This document shows positions 20,067 through 28,359 of a stretch of 28,840 nucleotides of DNA, piece by piece. This DNA is from Candidatus Dadabacteria bacterium (lineage in GTDB: Bacteria; Desulfobacterota_D; UBA1144; Nemesobacterales; CSP1-2). The translations under genes and the position numbers were made by a program. Every line of letters begins with the position of its first letter. Positions within the stretch are counted from its first letter, which is position 1. The notes beneath the pieces are model-generated. The model did not search any database. It saw only the letters and a program-made list of their open reading frames with translations, and had not been told where the DNA came from. Where the stretch lies: assembly GCA_963805855.1 (NCBI GenBank), contig CAWDVW010000009.1, positions 1 to 28,840 of the forward strand. Direction: 5' to 3'.

Positions 20067-21223
20067 TTACTCAATCCGAAGGCCTGGTAGATGCGCAAAT
20101 AGTTTTGCACGACTTTCTCGAAATCAAACTTAGCCGTAACAGTTTCGATAGCGTTTCTCCCCATCTCGGAAGCACTTGCTCTATCCTCTGCCATGCTTAT
20201 GATTAAGTCAGACAGAATGTCGCCCCGGTCAATTGGGAACAAGTAGCCGTTCTCGCCATGGCGAACAAGATCTTTCAAACCACCTGTGTCTGGAGCAATA
20301 ACAGGCTTACCCAAAGCCATCGCCTCGAGTGCAACGTTTGGGCATCCCTCGCTCGCCGAACTTAGCACTAGGCAGCGACATCGGTTGATTACACTCAGGA
20401 CTTCGCAATGCCTCAATGACCCCAATATTGTGACCCGCTCCCGAATCTTGCATGCCTCAATCAACTCTAGAATTTCCTCGCGCTGCTCGCCATCTCCAAT
20501 GATGTAAAGATCTTGCTGGTAATCCTTCTTCAGACTCTTACTAAATGCCGAGATTAGGAAAGGAACTCTTTTCACTCTCGTCAGCCTTCCGCAATAAACA
20601 AAACTACAGTCCTTCACCCCTCCAACCATTTCGGGCGCGTTCTTTTTAATCCTCGAACGGTCAACCCCGTTGCTGATGTAAATAGGGTTCTGAAAGTGAA
20701 AACTTGTTCTCAGATAATCACACATGTCTTTGGATACAGCCGTTACCGCATCTGCGAATTTAAGTGCAATTGCAACTTTGAATCGGGCCAAATGGCTTGA
20801 CTTCGCGAGCGCAAGGTCTGTCCCTCTAAATGTTATTACCAAACGATACCTAAAAAGATATCTATATAAGATCAGCAACAGCACATCCAGGTTTACAGAA
20901 TGTAAATGAATAACCTGTATTCCAGCTTTATAAAGAAAAAAACCAAACTGAACGGACGCCTTCGAATACTCTAAGAGTTTAATCGCAAAACGAAGAGGTC
21001 GATCTACGAAAAGTAAGGGGTTAGGAAAACTGTTTTGATAGACTTTAATATGGGGATGCAAAGGCTCGAAATGCTCGTTATCTCTTTGATCTTTGTTAGA
21101 CCTATCCGCAATGAGAAACATTTCTAAACCGAGTTCGCTAAAACGATTTAAAAGGTCATTAACTGCTTTCTCTGCTCCACCAAATCCTCGGAAATAACCT
21201 GTACTCCAAAGCGCTAATCGCAT
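20063..21223 (-). CDS. GT4 glycosyltransferase
   Basis: FGGAEK, YCGRLTRVKRV and SASEGCPNVALEAMALGKPVIA. Confidence 0.9.
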   Translation of the reverse strand: MRLALWSTGYFRGFGGAEKAVNDLLNRFSELGLEMFLIADRSNKDQRDNEHFEPLHPHIKVYQNSFPNPLLFVDRPLRFAIKLLEYSKASVQFGFFLYKAGIQVIHLHSVNLDVLLLILYRYLFRYRLVITFRGTDLALAKSSHLARFKVAIALKFADAVTAVSKDMCDYLRTSFHFQNPIYISNGVDRSRIKKNAPEMVGGVKDCSFVYCGRLTRVKRVPFLISAFSKSLKKDYQQDLYIIGDGEQREEILELIEACKIRERVTILGSLRHCEVLSVINRCRCLVLSSASEGCPNVALEAMALGKPVIAPDTGGLKDLVRHGENGYLFPIDRGDILSDLIISMAEDRASASEMGRNAIETVTAKFDFEKVVQNYLRIYQAFGLSN

Positions 21224-21511
21224 AGCAAGCTACAAAACCCACTTCCGTTTCGAGAATCTCCTCGAGCGCGCATGCTCGATCAAGCCCATGAGAAGATAAA
21301 TTGTATTAAACCGAACCCCATTAGCGAACTTAGTACCGAGAAATATATGAAGTACGGTAGTCATGAAAATCTGATGCGGAAAACTTCCAATAAAACAAAA
21401 TCATTACTTTCGTGATTGACTTTAACCGATCACAATTTCACGATACTCCGATTTATCTAATTGTTCCAAGTTGCTATTTCGAGGCCAATTTATTGCTTTT
21501 TAACCACTTTA

Positions 21512-21539
21512 TAAAAGCTCCAACGAATCCTGGAGCTCT
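21512..21539 (-). terminator. Candidate intrinsic terminator/stem-loop
   Basis: The minus strand reads AGAGCTCCAG-GATTCG-TTGGAGCTTT-TA: a 10-bp stem with two G-U pairs and a short U tail. Confidence 0.4.
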
Positions 21540-22122
21540 GTCTTCTTTCGCCAAGCTTTCAAAAGTAAATTGAAACGTTATTGAGTCTTACAAAGCGGCT
21601 TTCCAGCAGACAGGCTCCGATATCACCACGACTAGCTTTCTCTCCCCCATATTTGATGCGCGCCCATGGGCAGTTAACATTTTATGGACGGCCAGCTTTT
21701 TCGCCCTCGCCAAGGAAAGACCGCCCATTTCTTGTTGTAGCCGTTTTAATGATCATACTCCTTCGCATTGCTCGATCAATATCCTCCGTAATCTCACTGG
21801 AAATGGATTTGATTAATGTTTTAAACCCTTCGGTTCCATTTCCTTTAAGGCCGTAAGTAGTATACCTCAATGCTTGGGTAAGAGCGGTTCGAGGAGTTCA
21901 AGGTTTATCTCTGTGCTTTCGATAATATTCAGCCGATCATGAGGTGGCTGAATCATAATTCGTGCAGATTTACCGAGTGAAGGAAGGGACAATCCAATCA
22001 ACCGGCTGTTATACTCTGTTCTTTCTTTACTCAGAATCTCGCTTGTAATTCCTGCAAGTTAGCCGCTTTAGCTGGTCAAACCGAAATTAGAACTCGGAAG
22101 GAGATTTTCAATATAGGTAACT

Positions 22123-23127
22123 CTAGACGTATGGTAGATCAATCTTATGAGCCCAATACTGGTTACGCCTATACCAGTCTACAGTCTGCTCTAGCCCTGT
22201 TTCTAAAGTAGTACTGGGTGCCCAACCTAGCAGTTGTTTCGCTCTAGAAATATCCGCCCAGCTGGAGGGCATGTCACCCGGGAGAGGCTTGTTGTATTTT
22301 GTGAGAGCCCTTTTATCAAGAATATCCTCTAAAAGCGCAATGACAGAGATTAACGTTACAGGTCGATCGCTGCCCAAGTTAATCACCGCGTAACCGGAAT
22401 GGTTTAAAGCTAGCAACGTACCTTTCGCAATGTCGTCGATAAAAGTGAAGTCTCTCTCTTGGCGACCATTGCCGTAAACGATTACCGGCTCATTTTCGCT
22501 AATCCATTTGACAAACCTAAAGATGCTCATGTCCGGTCTTCCTGCCGGACCGTACACAGTAAAGTACCGGAGCACGGTTACATCTAGTCCATATAAATAG
22601 TGGTATGTATAGCAAATGCCCTCGGCTGCCTTTTTTGTAGCGGCGTATGGTGAAAGGGGTCTCTCGGTGTGTCGATCTTCCTGAAATGGACACTCCGTAT
22701 CCCCGTATACGCTGGATGATGAAGAAAGAACAAATTTTTTAACGCCATTTCTTCGACATAGATCCAATAGATTTAGTGTGCCCTTAACATTTGTTTCGTA
22801 GTATAGCCAAGGGTCGTGCAAACTTTGATTTACTCCCGCTCGTGCAGCCAGGTTTATCACTGCCTCAAGTGTTGGGTTTGTGGTGTCCGACTGCAGCTGC
22901 ATAGCAAATCCGAAAAATTCGTTAACAGACCTACGGTCGGTTATATCCAAGTAGTGAAAGCTGAATTGTGGATCCGCCTTAAGCTGTCGTAGCCTCCATT
23001 GTTTAAGTCTCACATCATAAGTGGTGTTTAAATTGTCCACCCCCAGAACGGTATGCCCCTGCTGAAGTAGAAGACTACTTACCTTCTGGCCTATGAAACC
23101 AGCACACCCCGTAACTAAGATACTCAT
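22123..23127 (-). CDS. UDP-glucuronate/uronate 4-epimerase-type NAD-dependent epimerase
   Basis: ILVTGCAGFIG, NLAARAGV, PLSPYAATKKAAE, LRYFTVYGPAGRPDM and RDFTFIDDI. Confidence 0.9.
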   Translation of the reverse strand: MSILVTGCAGFIGQKVSSLLLQQGHTVLGVDNLNTTYDVRLKQWRLRQLKADPQFSFHYLDITDRRSVNEFFGFAMQLQSDTTNPTLEAVINLAARAGVNQSLHDPWLYYETNVKGTLNLLDLCRRNGVKKFVLSSSSSVYGDTECPFQEDRHTERPLSPYAATKKAAEGICYTYHYLYGLDVTVLRYFTVYGPAGRPDMSIFRFVKWISENEPVIVYGNGRQERDFTFIDDIAKGTLLALNHSGYAVINLGSDRPVTLISVIALLEDILDKRALTKYNKPLPGDMPSSWADISRAKQLLGWAPSTTLETGLEQTVDWYRRNQYWAHKIDLPYV

Positions 23128-23316
23128 AACTTAAGACGATCTAACTTCTACTACGTTTTAAAAAAGGACTCTCCCTAGACTCTCGATCCGTTGATCTATT
23201 CACCGAATCCGCTTTCAACGGATAAACTCGACTCATACCGACAAAATCACTAGTGCCAACGTAATAACGGTCAAGAAATTAGTCAAACGATACCATTCGG
23301 CGATCCTTAGGAATAA

Positions 23317-24708
23317 TCATGCCTTAACGATTTTCCCCCTGCCGCTTCCTACGAACTTTGTTGCGTTTCTGGTATCTATGACAAGCTGACTCCTATCCGT
23401 TATCTCTTGCCAGTTATAACTTGAGTGGTCAGTAACGACGACAACGCAATCAAACTGCTCCAATACACCGTCTGTTAAAGGGACTGATTTCATGTTGAAA
23501 TTTGGATAATGACGAAACCCCGCAACATACGGCACATATGGATCATTATATTTAACATTCGCGCCATGGTCTTTCAAAATTGATATAATCCGCAGTGAAG
23601 GGGATTCTCTTGTGTCGTCCGTATCCTTCTTATATGACAATCCTAAAATTAGTATATTAGCGCCGTGTAAGCTCTTCTTTTTCTTAACCAGTTCATCGCT
23701 GATTTTACTAACTATGTAACTTGGCAAATTCGTGTTTATTTCGCCAGCAAGTTCTATAAACCTGGTTGGAATTCCGTAGGATCGCGCCTTCCAAGCCAGA
23801 TAGAAAGGGTCTATAGGTATGCAATGTCCCCCTAAGCCAGGCCCTGGATAAAACGGAGTAAATCCAAAAGGCTTTGTTGATGCGGCATCAATGACTTCCC
23901 ATATATCAATTCCCATTCTGTCGAATATTATTTTTAATTCATTGATAAGTGCTATGTTTACAGCCCTATAAATATTCTCTAAAAGTTTTGTCGCCTCCGC
24001 AGTCTTCGAAGAACTAACGGAATAAATTTTATTCACTATTTGCCTATAAAGTGTAGTCGCTAAAAAAAGACAGTCTTTCGTTACACCACTTATGACTCTA
24101 GCTATTTGAGAGGTCTGATAATCTTTATTCCCAGGGTCCACTCTTTCTGGGCAATACGCTAGGAAAAAATCCCTACCCACGTTAAGGTTTGCATTCTCTA
24201 GAATCGGAAGTACTTCTTCTTCCGTGGTGCCCGGATAAGTAGTGCTCTCAAGTACAACAAGCTGTCCTTTTTTTAGGTACTTTGATATTATCCGAGCAGT
24301 TTTAGTTATGAATGAAAGGTCTGGGTCGTTATCAGAATTAAGAGGAGTAGGTACGCAGATCAAAATGGCATCTGCTAGAGCGAGTCTTGAAAAGTCAGAC
24401 GTTGCCTGAAATTTTTCGTCTGCTAAAAGAGACGCAACGGTTTCTGATTCGATATAACTTATGTAGCTCTCACCTTGATTTAATTTATCTACCTTTCTTC
24501 TTTCAATATCGAAACCTAAGACGCTGAAGCCGGCCTTAAAAAACTCTACCACAAGTGGTAGCCCTATATAGCCAAGACCTATCACGGCTATGACTGCTTG
24601 TTTGGTTTCGAATTTCTCTGCAAGACATCGAACACTGACTGATTGCAAGTTATTGCGTTTCCTACTCTGATTTTTTCTTGCATGACCCTTATGCTTGACT
24701 TGCTTCAT
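23317..24708 (-). CDS. Nucleotide-sugar 6-dehydrogenase (WbpA/WecC/TviB-like UDP-HexNAc dehydrogenase)
   Basis: VIGLGYIGLP, ICVPTP, LESTTYPGTT, YCPERVDPG, KLLENIYRAVNIA, catalytic GGHCIPIDP and DTRESPS. The ORF extends to 24765; ATG 24708 is a plausible start. Confidence 0.92.
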   Translation of the reverse strand: MKQVKHKGHARKNQSRKRNNLQSVSVRCLAEKFETKQAVIAVIGLGYIGLPLVVEFFKAGFSVLGFDIERRKVDKLNQGESYISYIESETVASLLADEKFQATSDFSRLALADAILICVPTPLNSDNDPDLSFITKTARIISKYLKKGQLVVLESTTYPGTTEEEVLPILENANLNVGRDFFLAYCPERVDPGNKDYQTSQIARVISGVTKDCLFLATTLYRQIVNKIYSVSSSKTAEATKLLENIYRAVNIALINELKIIFDRMGIDIWEVIDAASTKPFGFTPFYPGPGLGGHCIPIDPFYLAWKARSYGIPTRFIELAGEINTNLPSYIVSKISDELVKKKKSLHGANILILGLSYKKDTDDTRESPSLRIISILKDHGANVKYNDPYVPYVAGFRHYPNFNMKSVPLTDGVLEQFDCVVVVTDHSSYNWQEITDRSQLVIDTRNATKFVGSGRGKIVKA

Positions 24709-24907
24709 CTCTTCACTTAAATCGGGCCTTAGGGTCCATTGTGGACATATTCGCTTTAGTATCAAATAAAAAGCTATCTAGCATCCAAGAGAACCTACGT
24801 GGTCACACATTTCAATTTAGATGTCATCATATGGCTTCGCCGTCTAACTTACAGTGACCAAAAGTTTAGCCACTACTAGGTTTAATCCTAGAGAGATTCG
24901 TGATTCT

Positions 24908-24936
24908 ATTTTATTTTCTGTACACATCAATTGCAA
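24908..24936 (-). promoter_or_regulatory. Candidate sigma70 promoter for the glycan cluster
   Basis: Minus strand TTGCAA-17 bp-TAAAAT, with an overlapping TTGATG-16 bp-TAGAAT, ~200 bp upstream of the first gene. Confidence 0.55.
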
Positions 24937-24945
24937 GTTGTCGAA

Positions 24946-25006
24946 TTGACTCATCAGAAATCTATCTGAAAAAGAATCGTTGCCTCATCTAAGAATCTAT
25001 TCAAAA
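24946..25006. repeat. Left-end IS repeats (two copies)
   Basis: TTGACTCATCAGAAATCTATCTGAAAA (24946-24972) and TTGCCTCATCTAAGAATCTATTCAAAA (24980-25006); 34-bp period. Confidence 0.8.
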
Positions 25007-25040
25007 TAGTCTCCCCTTAGACAGATAACGGGAGGCATAG

Positions 25041-26318
25041 ATGAGGCTAACCATGAAAGAAAGAAGATCGGTCAGTCGAGTAGTAGCGAAGAGGTATCAG
25101 AAAGCCACTAAAAAGGACAAAGGCACCATCCTTGGCGAGTACACACAACTGACGGGGTATAATCGCTGTTACGCTGCTTTTTTGTTAAGGAATCATGGCC
25201 GGAGAATGAGGATCAATAATAACACTGTTTTGGTGGGGGACTGCAGAAAGAGGGTTAAGAGGAACAGGAACAGGACCTACGATGAGCAGGTAGTTAGGGT
25301 TTTGAAGAGGGTATGGCTGATCATGGGTTTTATATGCGGTAAGAGACTTAAGCCAGCCTTGAAGGAGGTGATTCCCGTCTTGGAGAAGTATAAGGAGATA
25401 GAGCTGGATAAGACCGTCAGAGAGAAATTGTCTAAGATCTCTGCCGCCACTATAGACAGAGTATTAGCTTTGGAGCGTAAGAAAAGGTCCCTTCGCCATA
25501 GAGCCAGGACTAAGCCGGGCACATTGCTCAAGCATCAGATACCGATAAGGACCTTCTGTGAGTGGGATGAGCAACGACCGGGTTTTGTAGAGATAGACCT
25601 GGTGGGGCACGAGGGAGGAGACCCCAGTGGGGAGTATATCCAGACCCTGGATATGACCGATGTATGCACCGGTTGGACTGAGACCCAGGCGGCTAAGAAC
25701 AAGGCCCGGGTGTGGGTGTTTGAGGCACTTAAGGAAATAAGAAAGCGCTTACCTTTTGAGCTCCTGGGAATAGATTCAGACAATGGGTCAGAGTTTATAA
25801 ATGATCATCTCTATGGTTACTGTGAGGAGGAGAAGATCACTTTTACCAGGGCCCGAGCTTATCGGAAGAATGATAACTGCTACGTAGAGCAAAAGAACTA
25901 CTCAGTGGTCAGGCGTGGGGTGGGTTATCATCGTTATGATACTCCCGGGCAACTACGACTGTTAAACCAAATGTATTCCCGCTTAAGGCTATATACTAAC
26001 TACTTCCAGCCGGTGATGAAACTGGAGGAAAAGATTCGGGTGGGAAGCAAGGTGAAGAAGAGGTATGACCAGCCAAGGACACCATACCACAGGGTGTTAG
26101 AATCACCCTTGGTGGAGAAAGAACACAAGAAAAAGTTAAACCAAGAGTATGCTAAACTAAATCCGGCGGAACTGAGAAGACAGATAACCGCACTACAAAT
26201 TAAGCTCAGAAAGTTGGCAGCAAAAGAAAATTTAAGAAAAAGAAATCAAAAACAGAATTACAAAAATGAGAAAAATCAAAAAGATTTAGAGTATATTTTA
26301 CGTGAGGCAACGAATTAA
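25041..26318 (+). CDS. DDE-type transposase (integrase core/rve domain)
   Basis: N-terminal HTH-like region (ILGEYTQLTGYNRCYAAFLL). Catalytic triad in FVEIDLVGH, IDSDNGSEFIN and KNDNCYVEQKN. GGAGG RBS at 25031-25035. Confidence 0.93.
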   Translation: MRLTMKERRSVSRVVAKRYQKATKKDKGTILGEYTQLTGYNRCYAAFLLRNHGRRMRINNNTVLVGDCRKRVKRNRNRTYDEQVVRVLKRVWLIMGFICGKRLKPALKEVIPVLEKYKEIELDKTVREKLSKISAATIDRVLALERKKRSLRHRARTKPGTLLKHQIPIRTFCEWDEQRPGFVEIDLVGHEGGDPSGEYIQTLDMTDVCTGWTETQAAKNKARVWVFEALKEIRKRLPFELLGIDSDNGSEFINDHLYGYCEEEKITFTRARAYRKNDNCYVEQKNYSVVRRGVGYHRYDTPGQLRLLNQMYSRLRLYTNYFQPVMKLEEKIRVGSKVKKRYDQPRTPYHRVLESPLVEKEHKKKLNQEYAKLNPAELRRQITALQIKLRKLAAKENLRKRNQKQNYKNEKNQKDLEYILREATN

Positions 26319-26346
26319 CTTTCAAATAGATATTAATGTGAGGCAA
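26284..26346. repeat. Right-end IS repeats (two copies, inverted relative to the left end)
   Basis: ATTTAGAGTATATTTTACGTGAGGCAA (26284-26310, inside the transposase 3' end) and TTTCAAATAGATATTAATGTGAGGCAA (26320-26346); 36-bp period. Confidence 0.8.
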
Positions 26347-26356
26347 TAGTGTGGTA

Positions 26357-26386
26357 TTGCAAGTGGTATCAATCTAGGGGTAAAAT
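26357..26386 (+). promoter_or_regulatory. Candidate sigma70 promoter facing the metal ABC genes
   Basis: TTGCAA (26357-26362)-18 bp-TAAAAT (26381-26386). Confidence 0.45.
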
Positions 26387-26549
26387 ACAAATCTAGACTA
26401 GACACAAGAGAAAAATCTAACCCATGCTGTACTCTTCTCATACAAATCTTAAAAAACCAAAGAAGCTCCAGCTAGTTGACTAGAGAAAGATTTCATATTC
26501 ACCTACATTGTCTCAGTTTTTCTTTATGGTAATAATTTAAGGTCAATTT

Positions 26550-27249
26550 ATGGATAATGAAATTCTGACTGTCAGGAACTTAAATGTAACACTTAACGGT
26601 GAAGAGATACTCAAAGATCTCAGCTTCAACGTAAAAAGGGGAGAAGTGTTGGTGATATTAGGACCCAATGGAGCTGGTAAAACAACACTTTTTAAAACTA
26701 TTTTGGGCCTTTTACCCCACAGTGGGGAAGTTGAGTGGAATGCCAAAAGAATTAGTTATCTGCCACCCCAGGAATTGCTTCATAGAAAGGACCTCCCTCC
26801 CGCTGGTATTGGAAGATTTCTTTAAGTTTAAGAATGTTAATGATGGACAAATCACACAGACATTAAATCTAGTCGGCCTGGAACCATCAATTCTGAAGAA
26901 AGGCTTCGGCGCATTGTCGACAGGAGAATTCCAAAGAATGCTAATTGCATGGGGATTAGTTGACGAGCCTGAGGTCCTTTTATTCGACGAACCTACTTCA
27001 GGCATCGACCTGGGAGGTCAAGAAACTGTTTATACCCTCCTACATAATTTTTGGAAGGAACACAGTTTGACAATACTACTGATCACCCACGATTTAAGTA
27101 TTGTCTGGGGGCATGCTGATAGTGTTCTATGTCTCAACAAGAGCTACTTTTGCTACGGTAAGCCACAGGAATTAATCACTCCTGAGCAATTGAAAAAACT
27201 CTATGGCACTGGCGTTGAGTTTTATAAGCATTCACATTTAGGTAACTAG
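26550..27249 (+). CDS. znuC: Zn/Mn ABC transporter ATP-binding subunit (~232 aa), one apparent +1 frameshift near 26793-26815
   Basis: Walker A GPNGAGKTT is in ORF 26550-26825. LSTGEFQR, LLFDEPTSGID, ITHD and His-containing tail YKHSH are in ORF 26668-27249. 700 nt minus 1 = 233 codons. Confidence 0.8.
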
Positions 27250-27250
27250 C

Positions 27251-28013
27251 ATGCAATTGATCCTAGCATTGTTACTCGGAACGTTTATTTGCGGAGTAGC
27301 GGGTTACTTGGGTTCTCTAATGGTAAGTAAAAGAATGTCACTTATGGGAGGAGCCTTGGGACACCTGGCCCTACAGGGCATTGCCCTTGCTTTGATATAC
27401 GGTTTCGATATATCCCTTGGAGCAATAGTGTTCTTGGTATTTGGAATCAGGGTCTTGATATGGTTATTTGAGCTTAGAACGAATTTACCACTTGAGGCCC
27501 TTACAGCAATTGTTTTTTCTGCTTCGTTATCAGTAGCCTTTCTTTTCTTACCAGAGGAAGAAACAACGGAAGCCTTGATCGGTGACATTTCCAAAATCAC
27601 CCTAACCGATACAGTAATTACAGTAATAGTCTCCTTGATCATCTTCTTTGTAATCAAAAAGATCTTTAGAAACATCGTATTTGCTAGCGTCTCTGAAGAC
27701 TTAGCCAAGGTGAGTGGAATAAACATACGCATAATGAATCTAGTTTTTCTGATCTGTATAGCCGCGGTAGTTGCCATTGGAGTTAAGGTAGTAGGTGGCC
27801 TTTTAACTGCAGCCCTAGTCGCTATACCGGCAAGCACCAGTAAGAATATGAGTAAAAACCTATTTCAGTATTTCCTACGGAGGACTACTTCTGGGTAGTA
27901 CAGCGGGCATATTCGGAATAATAGGATTCCAGCTAACTGGTATCCCTGCAGGTCCCCTAATCATCATAACAAGCGCAGTATTCTTTTTGATCTCTTTATT
28001 ATTTGTGAAATAG
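27251..28013 (+). CDS. znuB: Zn/Mn ABC transporter permease (~253 aa), one apparent +1 frameshift at 27871-27873
   Basis: KRMSLMGGALGHLAL, EDLAKVSGI and KVVGGLLTAALVAIPA. Removing one T gives QYSYGGLLLGSTAGIFGIIGFQLTGIPAGPLIIITSAVFFLISLLFVK with stop at 28011-28013. Confidence 0.8.
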
Positions 28014-28043
28014 GTAAATGCCAAAGATTCAAAAACTAGACGA

Positions 28044-28296
28044 CGCGGATCATCAGCCCGCCGCGCATGTTGGCCCAGCGGCGCGCGTCCATGTAGGAGT
28101 ACTTCACCTTGTATTCGGAATAGACGCTGCGCTGGCCCTTGCCCTTGATGCGCAGTTGAAACGGCTTCCACTTCAGCCGGATGCGGTATGCGTCCTCGAG
28201 CGCGAAGGCGGGATCGAAGGCGAGAAAGGCATAGGGGCTCTTGAAGTCGGAATACATTTTGACTTCGGCCAAGCCCTGGGCCAAATCGTCCGCCAT
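28044..28296 (-). CDS. DsbA-family / 2-hydroxychromene-2-carboxylate isomerase-like protein, 3'-truncated at the GC junction
   Basis: MYSDFKSPYAFLA, WKPFQL and YMDARRWAN; only ~85 aa before the composition break; high GC. Confidence 0.75.
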
Positions 28297-28359
28297 CGGC
28301 GCCTCCCTTGGTCGTTCTTTATCGCTTCAGGGAAACGCTATGCCGCCGCCGGTGCTTGT

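Larger units (their letters stand above)
375..24765 (-). other. Surface polysaccharide/glycopolymer biosynthesis gene cluster (about 16 co-oriented genes)
   Basis: All long ORFs are on the minus strand and encode nucleotide-sugar enzymes, glycosyltransferases, modifying enzymes and an ABC exporter. Stop/start overlaps occur at 18826-18830 (TAATG) and 20063-20066 (TTGA). No Wzx, Wzy or initiating phosphoglycosyltransferase is recognisable in the window. Confidence 0.93.
24939..26355 (+). mobile_element. Insertion sequence with a single rve/DDE transposase and multiple subterminal repeats (family unresolved; IS481/IS1202/ISNCY-like)
   Basis: Transposase ORF bracketed by two inverted pairs of ~27-bp repeats. 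The direct repeat ATTGCAAGT occurs at 24930-24938 and 26356-26364. Exact ends are uncertain by a few bp. Confidence 0.82.

Noticed and set aside
21581-21870. Short ORFs of 91 aa (+) and 62 aa (-)
   Set aside because: TTG starts, no motifs and mutual overlap; consistent with chance ORFs.
24946-26346. ~27-bp repeats with 34-36 bp period as a possible CRISPR mini-array
   Set aside because: There are only two degenerate copies per side with 7-9 bp gaps, inverted around a transposase, and no cas genes. They are better explained as IS ends.
26508-26536. TTGTCT-17-AATAAT promoter just before znuC
   Set aside because: The -10 box lacks the conserved first T and the region is AT-rich; support is insufficient.
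355-27837. Numerous short antisense or alternate-frame ORFs overlapping assigned genes
   Set aside because: They are shadows of well-supported genes and have no independent motifs.
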